DNA of 53,758 nucleotides from Solirubrobacteraceae bacterium (GCA_017882465.1 JADGPN010000001.1:1-53758); one strand, 5' to 3'. Shown: positions 37,417-47,548, counted from the first letter of the stretch. Notes: generated by a model from the sequence alone, not told the origin. Numbers and translations are program-made.

Positions 37417-39714
37417 GTGGTCGACACGATCGAGCGCCCCGAGGCCTATAGCGAGGTAAAGCGCCCGGAGCTGACGGCCGCCGAGCGGCGGCTGCTCGGG
37501 GACCTGTTCGCGATCGTCGAGGAGCATGCTGACCAGGCCGCTGTGGTGGTCGACCGCGACCGGGTCGAGGAGGCCTTCGTGTACGCGTGCGTCAAGCACG
37601 CCGACCAGCGGCGCAAGTCCGGCGAGGACTTCATCATCCACCCGGTCGGCGTGGCCAAGATCTGCGCCGGGATGCGCCTGGACACCGAGACGCTGTGCGC
37701 CGCGCTGCTGCACGACACGGTCGAGGACACCACGGCGTCGCTGGAAGAGGTGAGCGCGGAGTTCGGCGAGGAGATCGCCAGCCTCGTCGACGGGGTGACC
37801 AAGCTGACCGGGCTGACCTTCCAGTCACGCGACGAGGCGCAGGCCGAGAACTACCGCAAGATGATGGTCGCGATGGCCACGGACATCCGGGTCATCCTGA
37901 TCAAGCTCGCCGATCGGCTGCACAACATGCGCACGATCGCCGCGATGCCGAAGCAGAAGCAGATCGACAAGGCGCGCGAGACGCTCGATATCTACGCGCC
38001 GATCGCCCACCGGCTCGGTATCCACGCGATCAAGTGGGAGCTCGAGGACCTCGCCTTCCAGACGCTCCACCCGCGCAAGTACAACGAGATCAAGGGGCTC
38101 GTCGCGCAGCAGCGCGCGGAGCGCGAGCGCTACGTGAACCAGGCCGGTGAGTACCTGGACAAGGAACTGGGCGAGCTGGGGATCGAGGCCGAGATCTCCG
38201 GCCGCGCCAAGCATTTCTATTCGATCTACTCGAAGATGACCAAGAAGGGTCGCGAGTTCAACGAGATCTACGACCTGACCGCGATGCGCGTGATCGTGAA
38301 CTCGGTCAAGGACACGTACGGCGCAGTGGGCGTCATCCACTCGCTGTGGAAGCCGCTGCCGGGGCGGTTCAAGGACCTCATCGCGATGCCCAAGTTCAAC
38401 ATGTACCAGTCCCTGCACACGACCGTGATCGGGCCCGAGGGGCGACCGCTGGAGATCCAGATCCGCACCCGCGAGATGCACGACCTGGCCGAGTTCGGGA
38501 TCGCGGCGCACTGGATGTACAAGGAGGACGGATCCGCCGCCAGAGGGGCCAAGGCCAAGCCCGGCAGCGGACCCAAGGACACCGAGAGCCGGCTCAAGTG
38601 GCTGCGTTCACTGCTCGACTGGCAGCAGGACCTCTCCGACCCTCGAGAGTTCATGGAGACGCTCAAGGTCAACCTGTTCGAGGACGAGGTGTTCGTGTTC
38701 ACCCCCAAGGGTGAGGTCAAGTCGCTGGCCGCGGGGGCGACGCCGCTCGACTTCGCCTACGAGATCCACACCGACGTCGGGCACCGCTGCGTGGGCGCGA
38801 AGGTGAACGGCAAGATCGTGCCGCTGTCCTACGTCCTGCGGTCAGGGGACATCGTCGAGGTGCTGACCTCCAAGCGTGACCGCGGGCCCTCACGCGACTG
38901 GCTGGCGCTGGTCAAGACCACACGCGCGCGCAACAAGATCAAGGCCTGGTTCAAGGCCGAGTCGCGCAAGGACACCGAGCACACCGGGCGAGAGCTGCTC
39001 CAGGAGCACCTCAAGAAGCAGGGCCTGCCGGCCCAGAAGCTCGTCGGCTCACCGCTGCTGGCCGACGTGATCAGGGAGATGGGATTCCGCAAGGCGGACG
39101 ACTTCTACATCGCCCTCGGTGGCGCCAAGATCTCAGCCAAGATCGTCGTCAACAAGGTGATGCAGCGCCTCAAGCAGGGCGAGGCGGCCGAATCGGAGCC
39201 GACCGCCGCGGACGACCTGCTGCAGACACGCCGCCGCCGCTCGCGGCCGACCACGTCCTCCACCCGCTTCGGGATCTCCGTCGACGGGATCGACGAGGTG
39301 ATGCTGAGGATCGCCAGGTGCTGCCGCCCGGTCCCCGGGGATCCGATCGTGGGCTACATCTCGCTCGGCCGGGGGATCACGATCCACCGCGACGACTGCC
39401 CCAACGTCGCCGTGCTCAAGAAGGATCCGGACCGCTTCACCCCGGTCGCCTGGGACGGCGATGCCGAGACCTCGTTCCGGGTCGAGATCGAGGTCGACGG
39501 CTGGGATCGCCACCGGCTGCTCGAGGACATGTCGAGGACCTTCGCCGAGGGCGGGGTCAACATCCTCGAGGCGCGCTGCACCGTCAACCACCCGATGGTC
39601 AAGAACCGGTTCGTGGTCGAGGTGGGGGACACGCGCACGCTCGACCAGACGATCAACCGGCTGCGCAACATCGACGCGGTGTTCGACGCCTACCGCGTCA
39701 CGCCCGGCGCCTGA
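37417..39714 (+). CDS. rel: Bifunctional (p)ppGpp synthetase/hydrolase Rel (HD-SYNTH-TGS-ZFD-ACT)
   Basis: RKSGE, LHDTVED, KLADRLHNMRT, GRAKHFYSI, YQSLHT, EIQIRT, FTPKG, CCRPVPGD; start uncertain. Confidence 0.97.
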   Translation: MVDTIERPEAYSEVKRPELTAAERRLLGDLFAIVEEHADQAAVVVDRDRVEEAFVYACVKHADQRRKSGEDFIIHPVGVAKICAGMRLDTETLCAALLHDTVEDTTASLEEVSAEFGEEIASLVDGVTKLTGLTFQSRDEAQAENYRKMMVAMATDIRVILIKLADRLHNMRTIAAMPKQKQIDKARETLDIYAPIAHRLGIHAIKWELEDLAFQTLHPRKYNEIKGLVAQQRAERERYVNQAGEYLDKELGELGIEAEISGRAKHFYSIYSKMTKKGREFNEIYDLTAMRVIVNSVKDTYGAVGVIHSLWKPLPGRFKDLIAMPKFNMYQSLHTTVIGPEGRPLEIQIRTREMHDLAEFGIAAHWMYKEDGSAARGAKAKPGSGPKDTESRLKWLRSLLDWQQDLSDPREFMETLKVNLFEDEVFVFTPKGEVKSLAAGATPLDFAYEIHTDVGHRCVGAKVNGKIVPLSYVLRSGDIVEVLTSKRDRGPSRDWLALVKTTRARNKIKAWFKAESRKDTEHTGRELLQEHLKKQGLPAQKLVGSPLLADVIREMGFRKADDFYIALGGAKISAKIVVNKVMQRLKQGEAAESEPTAADDLLQTRRRRSRPTTSSTRFGISVDGIDEVMLRIARCCRPVPGDPIVGYISLGRGITIHRDDCPNVAVLKKDPDRFTPVAWDGDAETSFRVEIEVDGWDRHRLLEDMSRTFAEGGVNILEARCTVNHPMVKNRFVVEVGDTRTLDQTINRLRNIDAVFDAYRVTPGA

Positions 39715-39847
39715 TCGCGGCGGCGCCTCGATTCGGCGGTGGTGTCCGCGCGCCGACCGCGGGCCCAATTAAACGAATCGCGGCTGAATCCTCGCAATAT
39801 CCTGAGACAACCGACGTGCTGTGCTCGTTTACCGGGAGTGAGGACCT

Positions 39848-42508
39848 GTGTCTCAGAGGAAATACGTATATGACTTTGCCGAGGGCTCGCGGGAGATGCG
39901 CGACCTGCTCGGTGGCAAGGGCGCCAACGTCGCCGAGATGACGCGGATCCTCGGTCCCGGGCGCGTCCCGGCCGGGTTCACGATCACCACGGAGGCCTGC
40001 GTCGCCTACATGGGCGCTGAGCGCGTCTACCCGGGCGGTCTTCAGCGGCAGATCGATGCTGCTCTGCACCGGCTTGAGACCGCGGCCGGGCGCCAGCTCG
40101 GCGACGCGGATGATCCGCTGCTCGTGTCCGTGCGCTCGGGCGCCCGTGCGTCGATGCCCGGAATGATGGACACCGTCCTCAATCTCGGCCTCACCGACCA
40201 GTCCGTCTCCGGCCTCGCGCAGGCCACCGGCAATCCCCGCTTCGCCTGGGACTCCTACCGCCGGCTGGTGCAGATGTTCGCCAACGTGGTCCGGGGTGTG
40301 CCGGGCGAGTCGCTGGAGCGGGCGATCGAGGCGGTCAAGAGCGCGCGCGGCGTGCGCCTGGACACCGAGCTGACGGTCGAAGACCTCCAGGAGCTGGTTG
40401 AGCGTTTTAAGACGCTGTTGCACGAGAGCACCGGCGAGGCGTTCCCGCAGGACCCGCGCAAGCAGCTCGACGAGTCCGTGCGGGCCGTGTTCGACTCCTG
40501 GCGCGGTGAGCGAGCGACCCAGTACCGGCGCATCAACAAGATCCCCGACGACTGGGGAACGGCGGTCAACGTGCAGCAGATGGTGTTCGGCAACGAGGGC
40601 GACACGTCCGGATCCGGTGTCGCGTTCTCCCGCGACGAGATGACCGGCGCTCCCGAGCCGTCCGGGGACTTTCTCATCAACGCGCAGGGCGAGGACGTCG
40701 TGAGCGGAGTTCGCAACACTCAGGATCTCGCCGACCTGGCCCGGGTCATGCCCGCGGCCCACGCCGAGCTGATGGAGATCCTGCGCAAGCTCGAGGGTCA
40801 CTACGGGGACATCCAGGACACGGAGTTCACGATCGAGGACGGGCGCCTGTTCATGCTCCAGACGCGCGTGGCCAAGCGTCCCGCCCAGGCTGGGCTCCGG
40901 TTCGCGTGCGACGCCGTCGACGAGGGTCTGCTCAGCGAAGCCCAGGCCCTGACCACGCTCGATGCCGCGAAGCTGGAGGCGCTCCTGCATCCGACCTTCG
41001 ATCCCGCGGTCGAGTACGAGGTGATCGCCCACGGCGTAGGTGCGTCTCCCGGGGCGGGACAGGGAGAGGTCGTGTTCACGGCTGTCTCGGCTGTGCTCGC
41101 CAAGGAGGAGGGACGCGAGGTGGTGCTCGTTCGCCCGTTCACCGAGGCCGATGACGTGGCCGGATTCCACGCCGCCACCGGCATCCTCACCTCCGAGGGA
41201 GGGAAGGCCTCGCATGCCGCCCTGGTCGCCAGGGGCATGGGGCGCCCGTGCGTGGTCGGAGCCTCCGAGCTCGACGTCGACGTCGCGAATGGCGTGATCC
41301 ATGTCGACGGGCTCGTGATCCATGAGGGCGATCACATCGGCATCGACGGCACCACCGGAGCGATCACCACCGACAAGGTGCCGCTCGTCCCGCCGGTAAT
41401 GACCGATGACTTCCGCCGCGTGCTCGGCTGGGCCGACAAGCTGCGGCGCCTCGGCGTGCGCGCCAATGCCGACACGCCCGAGGATGCCCGGCAGGCACAC
41501 GAGTACGGCGCGCAGGGCATCGGTCTCTGCCGCACGGAGCACATGTTCATGGCCTCCGACCGCGTGCCGAAGATGCGGGAGATGATCCTCGCCAACACCC
41601 CGGAGCTCCGCGCCTCCGCGCTCGAGGCGCTGCTGCCGCTGCAGCAGGGCGATTTCGAGGGGTTGTTCGAGGAGATGGCCGGGCTGCCGGTGACCATCCG
41701 CCTGCTCGATCCCCCGCTGCACGAGTTCCTCCCCTCACCGGTCGAGCTGACCGTAGAGCTTGAGCGAGCGCGAAACGGAAACTCCGATCAGGACGTCGCC
41801 CACCTCGAGAAGCTGCTCGAGCGGGTCACCTCGCTGGGGGAGGTGAACCCGATGCTCGGCACCCGTGGCTGCCGGCTGGGGATCCTCTACCCGGATATCT
41901 ACGAGATGCAGGTGCGAGCGATCACTCGCGCGGCGATCGCGGTGCGGGAGCGGACGGGATCGATGCCCAAGCTGGAGATCATGATCCCGCTGGTCGACTA
42001 CGAGCGGGAGCTGGAGGTCGTTCGTGAGCTGATCGAGCGGGTGGCCGAGGCCGAGGGGCTCACGGCGGGGAAGGACTACCTCATCGGCACGATGATCGAG
42101 CTGCCCCGCGCCTGCCTGATCGCCGACCGGATCGCCGAGCACGCGGACTTCTTCTCCTTCGGCACCAACGACCTCACGCAGACCGGGCTCGGATTCTCAC
42201 GCGACGACATCGAGGGCAGCATCGTCGGGCCGTACATCGACCTCGGGATCCTCGACCGCTCGCCGTTCGAGACGATCGACGTTCCCGGCATCGGCCAGCT
42301 GGTGATGATGGCCGGATGGCTCGGCCGCAAGCACCATCCGAAGCTGGGCCTGGGGATCTGCGGCGAGCACGGCGGCGATCCCGAGTCGATCGCGTTCTTC
42401 CACAGCTCCGGCCTCGACTATGTCTCGTGCTCCCCCTATCGCGTGCCGGTGGCTCGCGTCGCGGCGGCCCAGGCGGCGGTGGCCAGCCCCGTTCACTGGG
42501 GGGGCTGA
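39848..42508 (+). CDS. ppdK: Pyruvate, phosphate dikinase
   Basis: LGGKGANVAEM, LLVSVRSGA, SHAA phospho-His, GLCRTEHMF, NPMLGTRG, FGTNDLTQ, GICGEHGG. Confidence 0.97.
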   Translation: MSQRKYVYDFAEGSREMRDLLGGKGANVAEMTRILGPGRVPAGFTITTEACVAYMGAERVYPGGLQRQIDAALHRLETAAGRQLGDADDPLLVSVRSGARASMPGMMDTVLNLGLTDQSVSGLAQATGNPRFAWDSYRRLVQMFANVVRGVPGESLERAIEAVKSARGVRLDTELTVEDLQELVERFKTLLHESTGEAFPQDPRKQLDESVRAVFDSWRGERATQYRRINKIPDDWGTAVNVQQMVFGNEGDTSGSGVAFSRDEMTGAPEPSGDFLINAQGEDVVSGVRNTQDLADLARVMPAAHAELMEILRKLEGHYGDIQDTEFTIEDGRLFMLQTRVAKRPAQAGLRFACDAVDEGLLSEAQALTTLDAAKLEALLHPTFDPAVEYEVIAHGVGASPGAGQGEVVFTAVSAVLAKEEGREVVLVRPFTEADDVAGFHAATGILTSEGGKASHAALVARGMGRPCVVGASELDVDVANGVIHVDGLVIHEGDHIGIDGTTGAITTDKVPLVPPVMTDDFRRVLGWADKLRRLGVRANADTPEDARQAHEYGAQGIGLCRTEHMFMASDRVPKMREMILANTPELRASALEALLPLQQGDFEGLFEEMAGLPVTIRLLDPPLHEFLPSPVELTVELERARNGNSDQDVAHLEKLLERVTSLGEVNPMLGTRGCRLGILYPDIYEMQVRAITRAAIAVRERTGSMPKLEIMIPLVDYERELEVVRELIERVAEAEGLTAGKDYLIGTMIELPRACLIADRIAEHADFFSFGTNDLTQTGLGFSRDDIEGSIVGPYIDLGILDRSPFETIDVPGIGQLVMMAGWLGRKHHPKLGLGICGEHGGDPESIAFFHSSGLDYVSCSPYRVPVARVAAAQAAVASPVHWGG

Positions 42509-42551
42509 CACCGGGGCTGTGGTCGGTGACCGGTGCGCGAGGAGCGGCCGG

Positions 42552-44129
42552 TCATCCCAGCTCGAGTCCGTCGCGGCCGCGCGGCGGGCTCTCGCGCGCC
42601 TGGGGCGGACGTTCGCGGCCGCGCGGCGGGCTATCGCGGGCCTGGGGCGCGAGCACGCGCACGGTCCGCACCTGCGCGCGGGGGAGCTTGGTGATGAGCA
42701 CCGCCTCGCCGGTCGGCAGCGTCCGGATCACGTTGGGATGGATGAGGAAGCGCTCGACCTGCCGGCGCGTGCCCGCCCCGGTGTCATGTGGCCCGAGCAG
42801 CGGCCGGCGCTCGATCCGGTGCGTCTGGTCCCACACCGTCTGGGTCCCGGCCATCTGCGCGATTGTCTGGGCCGAGCCGGGCACGTCCTGGCGATGGGCG
42901 ATCTTGACCGCGGTGTTGCCGAGCACCTGGTCACGCAGGCCCCGGGCAGCCCGGTCGAGATCGGCGAGCTCCTGGGTGGCGAGCAGCACGCTGGTGCCCG
43001 CCTCGCGACCGCGGGCGAGCAGCGCGATCACGTTGTCGCTGCCGAGCGCTGAGAACTCGTCGATCGCGATCAGGGCACGATCGGCACGCGGCTGCGTCAG
43101 CCGGTGGCCCGCCGCGCTGATCAGGTCCTGGACCACGAGCGTGCCGAGCTGCGCGGCGAGCTGGCCGTAGATGCTCGAGTTGAGGCTGAACGCGACCACC
43201 GGCCCCCCTTCCAGTGCGGAGCGCAGGTCCACCCGCCGCTCTCCGCCCGCCGAGAGATACGCCCCGGTGTGCGACTCGCTGATGATCGCCAGACGAGTCC
43301 CGAGGCCACGGACGGCGCTGAGCTGATCGGGCGACATCGTCGCCAGATAGTCCTGGACGCGCTGCGCCAGCGGTCGAGGAGCCACGCGCAGGCCGGCCGC
43401 CAGCCGCCGCGGGTCCATCAGCGACACCACCTCGGCGAGCGTCGGGCGGGTGCCCGGGTCTCGCTCCAGCAGCACCTGAAGCACGGTCTGGACGTAGCGC
43501 TCGGCTGCCCGCTGATAGTGGGGCTCGGTGAAGCGCTCGGTGGCGATCAGCTTGTCCTTGAGCTCGGTCGCGTTGCCGTAAGCGAGGGGATTCCAGTGCG
43601 CCGGCCCGTCGGGCGTCCACAGCTCGAACTGGCGCCCGGCCGCCGCGGCGCCGTCTCCGAGTGCGCGGGCGAACTGAGGCGAGCCCTTCATGTCGATCGC
43701 CACCACCGGCAGCCCGCGGCGGATGTTGTCGTCAAGGATCCGCAGCAAGGTGGTCGACTTGCCGGCGCCGCTGGCGCCCAGGATCAACGCGTGCGCCGAC
43801 AGCTGGCCATCGGAGAGGTAGACGGGGGCGCCGCGCCCACCTCTGGCCTGACCACTGCACTCTGACCCGAGCAGCACGGCAGGCTCGGCATCCGACTCGC
43901 GCCCGGCGGGCTCGCGGGCCGTCCAGTGGGCGAGCAGAGTCGCGCCGGCCGCGGCGGCGATCATGGCCGCGGCGGCCCAGGCCGGGGGAGACAGGAGCAG
44001 CAGCGGGATCAGGACCAGCAGCCACAAGGGGCGGTGGCGCCCATGGTCCGGCGGCGGGCTCACGTCACCGCCCCGGTCCGGTGGCGGGCTCGCCGCACCG
44101 CCCACCGGGTCCGTCGCCGGCGGGCTCAT
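42552..44129 (-). CDS. VirD4/TraD-like coupling-protein ATPase (FtsK/HerA superfamily) with N-terminal membrane anchor
   Basis: HALILGASGAGKS (Walker A), IDMKG, WNPL, IAIDEF (Walker B), ARGREAG, LATQ, GNT, L.TGEA. Confidence 0.88.
   Translation of the reverse strand: MSPPATDPVGGAASPPPDRGGDVSPPPDHGRHRPLWLLVLIPLLLLSPPAWAAAAMIAAAAGATLLAHWTAREPAGRESDAEPAVLLGSECSGQARGGRGAPVYLSDGQLSAHALILGASGAGKSTTLLRILDDNIRRGLPVVAIDMKGSPQFARALGDGAAAAGRQFELWTPDGPAHWNPLAYGNATELKDKLIATERFTEPHYQRAAERYVQTVLQVLLERDPGTRPTLAEVVSLMDPRRLAAGLRVAPRPLAQRVQDYLATMSPDQLSAVRGLGTRLAIISESHTGAYLSAGGERRVDLRSALEGGPVVAFSLNSSIYGQLAAQLGTLVVQDLISAAGHRLTQPRADRALIAIDEFSALGSDNVIALLARGREAGTSVLLATQELADLDRAARGLRDQVLGNTAVKIAHRQDVPGSAQTIAQMAGTQTVWDQTHRIERRPLLGPHDTGAGTRRQVERFLIHPNVIRTLPTGEAVLITKLPRAQVRTVRVLAPQARDSPPRGRERPPQARESPPRGRDGLELG
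42571..42649. repeat. Imperfect 42-bp-period duplication in the 3' end of the VirD4-like gene
   Basis: TCGCGGCCGCGCGGCGGGCT(C/A)TCGCG(C/G)GCCTGGGGCG at 42571 and 42613; encodes PQAR(D/E)SPPRGR twice. Confidence 0.8.
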
Positions 44130-44917
44130 GGCGCCGCCACGCGGGCGGGCTCTCTGGACCGGGCCCTCGATCTCGGTGTCGCGGCGCCGGGGCGCCGGCC
44201 GTCCCAGCGCAGCGCCTGTACCTGCACGAGCCCGGCGACGCCCACCGATCTCGCCGAGGACCGGATCGCCCGCGATACACCGAGGTGGTCGGTGAGGTAG
44301 AGCACGGCGTCGATCCGCGTCTCGGCGCCGTATGCGGCCAGAATCCCTTCGCGGCGAATGCGGCCCTTTGCCGACAGCTCCAGCTCCAGCGCAACGCGCC
44401 TGCCGTCAGCCCGGACGAGCAGTAGGTCGGGATAGTGCAGGCGGTCTCGCCCGGTTGGCCCGAAGCCGCCCAGCCGGACTCCGTACCGTGGCGCGCCGGG
44501 GTCCGCGGCGCCGTCGGCGGAGCGCATCTGCCGCTCACCCACGATCTGGCGCGCAGCGCCGAAGCTGCCGCTGTGCGCGGCCAGCCACAGCCACGCCATG
44601 CCCACGTCGTGGGCGTAGCAGCGAAGATCCTCCCTCGGGACCGGGAGCTTGCTGTCGATCGCCGCCAGCCCCGGACGCGATATCTGGAAGCAGCTCGGCC
44701 GGCCGTGGAAGTACATCCTGCGCTCGAGCAGGCCGGCGGCGGCGAGCGCGCCGAGACGTCGCTGGGCAGCGGCCTGAGAGCACTCGAGCAGCGCCTGCGC
44801 GTGCGCGCTCAGCACGAGCCGGTGCTCGGCGGCGAACTCGAGCAGCTGCGCGTCACGGTCGGTGAGTCGCAGGCGACTCGTCACGACTGAGAGAGGTTGC
44901 GGCGGACGGGAATTCAC
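44126..44917 (-). CDS. Replication-relaxation-family-like protein (wHTH + PD-(D/E)xK-like nuclease fold)
   Basis: RLTDRDAQLL...EHRLV N-terminus, AHDV, YPDLLL...VALELELSAK; ATGA overlap with the ATPase. Confidence 0.75.
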   Translation of the reverse strand: MNSRPPQPLSVVTSRLRLTDRDAQLLEFAAEHRLVLSAHAQALLECSQAAAQRRLGALAAAGLLERRMYFHGRPSCFQISRPGLAAIDSKLPVPREDLRCYAHDVGMAWLWLAAHSGSFGAARQIVGERQMRSADGAADPGAPRYGVRLGGFGPTGRDRLHYPDLLLVRADGRRVALELELSAKGRIRREGILAAYGAETRIDAVLYLTDHLGVSRAIRSSARSVGVAGLVQVQALRWDGRRPGAATPRSRARSREPARVAAP

Positions 44918-45009
44918 CCCCGATGGCCTGCGGCCGAGCGACCACGCGTCTCATGTCGGCGCGGTCTTAGGCCCCGGCGAGTCGTCGGGTCCACGCGGCT
45001 GGACGAACG

Positions 45010-45996
45010 TCAGGAGACGACCGCGATGCCGTGCGGTGTGACGGTGAAGACGGCCTCCTCGGCCTCACCGATGTAGTCCCCGTCGACCTGCAGCGGAAGC
45101 GGTCGGTCGTCGAGCGAGCGGATGCGGAGATCGGTCGCGCCGGTGAACCCCCGCACCCGCCGGTGGTTGACCAGGCGGGGCCCGCCCAGCAGGGCCCGCC
45201 AGGTGATCGTGGGGATGTCGATCGGGCTCGCCCGGGTGAGGATCACCGCGGACAGGTCGTGGCTGTCGAGGTCGGAGCCGTCGGCGAGGTGCACCGGGCG
45301 GTCTCCGAAGTACGTGTAGGGATCGGCGTTCTGGACGATCGCGGTCACGCCGGCGATCCGCTTGCCGCCGAACTCGGCCTCGAGCCGCGTCGGCCGGACC
45401 AGGTATCGGCGCAGGAAGGTCTGGACCCCGGTCCAGGTGTAGTACCACTCGCCCAGGCGCACCTTGAGGCGGGGATGGGCGTCCACCCGCTCGACGACGC
45501 TCGCGTCGAGGCCCACACCGGCGGAGAAGGTGAAGTAGCGGTCGTTGACGCGGGCGATGTCGACGCGTCGCGGGTGCCAGTCGTCGGCCATGCGCAGCAG
45601 ATGCTCGGTGGCGTCGACCGGGTCGGTGGGGATCCCGAGCATCCGGCAATAGACGTTGGTGCGCCCGCCGGGCAGGCAGCTCAGCGGCGTGTCGGAGCCG
45701 GCGAGCCCGTTGGCCGCCTCGTTCACGGTCCCGTCGCCGCCGAACGCAACCACGACGTCGTAGCCCTCCTGGGCGGCCTCGCGGCACAGCTCGATCGCGT
45801 GCCCGCGAGCCTCGGTGTCGATCGCGTCGACCTTGTAGCGGCCGCGGAGGGCGTAGACGACCAGGTTCTCGAGGCGGTCCGACACGGTCGTCGCGTACGG
45901 GTTGATGATCATCAGCATCCGCTTGCTGGGTGCGCTGGTCCCGAGGGCGAACGACGCCTCGAGGCGCGCGAGCCGATCGGTGGACGTAGCGGCCAT
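45010..45996 (-). CDS. Diacylglycerol kinase family lipid kinase
   Basis: IINP, GGDGTVNE, PGGRTN, GVGLDA, QVDGD. Confidence 0.92.
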   Translation of the reverse strand: MAATSTDRLARLEASFALGTSAPSKRMLMIINPYATTVSDRLENLVVYALRGRYKVDAIDTEARGHAIELCREAAQEGYDVVVAFGGDGTVNEAANGLAGSDTPLSCLPGGRTNVYCRMLGIPTDPVDATEHLLRMADDWHPRRVDIARVNDRYFTFSAGVGLDASVVERVDAHPRLKVRLGEWYYTWTGVQTFLRRYLVRPTRLEAEFGGKRIAGVTAIVQNADPYTYFGDRPVHLADGSDLDSHDLSAVILTRASPIDIPTITWRALLGGPRLVNHRRVRGFTGATDLRIRSLDDRPLPLQVDGDYIGEAEEAVFTVTPHGIAVVS

Positions 45997-46093
45997 GCCG
46001 AATCACCTCAACACCACCGTGTGACGGTCGTTACGCGTGATCCCGTCGATCGACCGCGCCGGGCGCTCGAGGCACTCCCGGCGGCTCAGCTTG

Positions 46094-46123
46094 TTGCCGC
46101 GCTGCCGACCCTCTGGGTATACT
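46094..46123 (+). promoter_or_regulatory. Putative sigma-70-type promoter for the SAM riboswitch leader
   Basis: TTGCCG-N18-TATACT about 20 nt upstream of the aptamer. Confidence 0.5.
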
Positions 46124-46142
46124 TCGCACCACATAGCAGTAC

Positions 46143-46247
46143 GCATCCAGAGGGGTGGAGGGATATGGCCCTACGAGACCCCGGCAACCTCCCAATTGGG
46201 AACGGTGCCAATTCCATCAGGCTCCAACAACAAGGCCTGGGAGATGT
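46143..46247 (+). ncRNA. SAM-I (S-box) riboswitch
   Basis: CATCCAGAGGGGTGGAGGGA.TGGCCC.ACGAGACCCCGGCAACC...GGTGCCAATTCC...GAGATG; P1 CATC/GATG. Confidence 0.93.
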
Positions 46248-46266
46248 GGCTAGGGCGGTTTCATCG

Positions 46267-46299
46267 ACCTCCGACCACAGACCCCGGCGGAGGTTTTTT
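46267..46299 (+). terminator. Riboswitch expression platform: hairpin plus U-tract that includes the SD
   Basis: ACCTCCG...CGGAGGT followed by TTTTT; GGAGG SD lies in the 3' arm just before ATG 46305. Confidence 0.7.
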
Positions 46300-46304
46300 C
46301 ACAT

Positions 46305-47540
46305 ATGCCGCCAGAGTCTCTTCGCTGCAAGGAATGCAAGACCACCTACCCGCTTGACGCGAGGTACGTCTGCGAGCGCTGCTTCGGCCCGCTCGAGGTC
46401 GCCTACGCGTCCCGAGCCGATACCGACCCGGACGAGCTGAGACGCCGCATCCAGGCGGGCCCGCACTCGATCTGGCGCTACGCCGACTTCCTGCCGCTGT
46501 CGGCACCGCCGCGAGGCACGCTGCCGGCCGGATGGACGCCGCTGCTGCGCGCCGACCGCCTGGCCGAGCGTCTCGGCCTGCGTGAGGTGTGGGTCAAGAA
46601 CGATGCCGCCAACCCGACGCACTCGTTCAAGGATCGCGTCGTCGCGGTGGCGCTCGCGCGAGCGCGCGAGCTCGGGTTTCAGACCATCGCCTGCGCCTCG
46701 ACCGGCAACCTCGCCAACGCGGTGGCCGCGCATGCGGCGGCCGCCGGCCTCGAGAGCTACGTGTTCATCCCGTCCGATCTCGAGGAGCAGAAGATCCTCG
46801 CCACCGGCGTGTACGGGACGCATCTGGTCGCCGTGCGCGGCAACTACGACGACGTCAACCGCCTCTGCACCGAGCTCTCGGGCGAGCACGAGTGGGCGTT
46901 CGTGAACATCAACATGCGGCCCTACTACGCCGAGGGTTCCAAGACGCTGTCGTTCGAGATCGCCGAGCAGCTCGGCTTCGAGATCCCCGATCGCATCGTC
47001 TGCCCGATCGCGTCCGGATCGCTGTTCACGAAGCTCGCCCGTGGCTTCGAGGAATGGATCGACGAGGGCCTGCTGTCCGGCGAGCTGCCGACGATGAACG
47101 GCGCCCAGGCGGCGGGCTGCTCGCCGGTCGCGACGGCGTTCGAGTCCGGACACGACGTGTGCCGCCCGGTCAAGCCGGACACGATCGCCAAGTCGCTGGC
47201 GATCGGCAATCCGGCCGACGGGCCCTACGCGCTGGAGCTGGCGCGTCGCACCGGTGGGGCGATCGACTCGGTCAGCGACGACGAGCTTCGTCAGGGGATC
47301 AGGCTGCTCGCGGAGACGACCGGGATCTTCACCGAGACCGCCGGCGGAGTGACCATCGCGGTGCTGGCCAAGCTGGCCGAGCGCGGTGACATCGACCCCG
47401 CGGAGCGTGTGGTCGCCGTGATCACCGGCGAAGGGCTGAAGACGCTCGATTGCGTCCGGGGGACGTTCGAGACCTGGGAGATCGACGCCTCGGTGGCCTC
47501 GTTCGATCAGGCCGCGGCGGGCGTTGCCGTGGCGGCATAA
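46305..47540 (+). CDS. Threonine-synthase-like PLP enzyme with N-terminal Zn-ribbon; probable O-phosphohomoserine sulfhydrylase
   Basis: [17 protein letters not shown] (PLP Lys), ASTGN, EGSKT, TGEGLK; context of SAM riboswitch and sulfur carrier. Confidence 0.85.
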   Translation: MPPESLRCKECKTTYPLDARYVCERCFGPLEVAYASRADTDPDELRRRIQAGPHSIWRYADFLPLSAPPRGTLPAGWTPLLRADRLAERLGLREVWVKNDAANPTHSFKDRVVAVALARARELGFQTIACASTGNLANAVAAHAAAAGLESYVFIPSDLEEQKILATGVYGTHLVAVRGNYDDVNRLCTELSGEHEWAFVNINMRPYYAEGSKTLSFEIAEQLGFEIPDRIVCPIASGSLFTKLARGFEEWIDEGLLSGELPTMNGAQAAGCSPVATAFESGHDVCRPVKPDTIAKSLAIGNPADGPYALELARRTGGAIDSVSDDELRQGIRLLAETTGIFTETAGGVTIAVLAKLAERGDIDPAERVVAVITGEGLKTLDCVRGTFETWEIDASVASFDQAAAGVAVAA

Positions 47541-47548
47541 TCACGACG

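Noticed and set aside
39770-39847. c-di-AMP riboswitch suggested by GCTGAATCC upstream of ppdK
   Set aside because: Too short, and lacks the GGAACC, GGGGTGAATC and CCGTCAGCTAAC elements.
42552-44917. A complete ICE or conjugative element
   Set aside because: No integrase, att repeats or mating-pair genes, and core genes abut both sides; reported instead as an orphan module.
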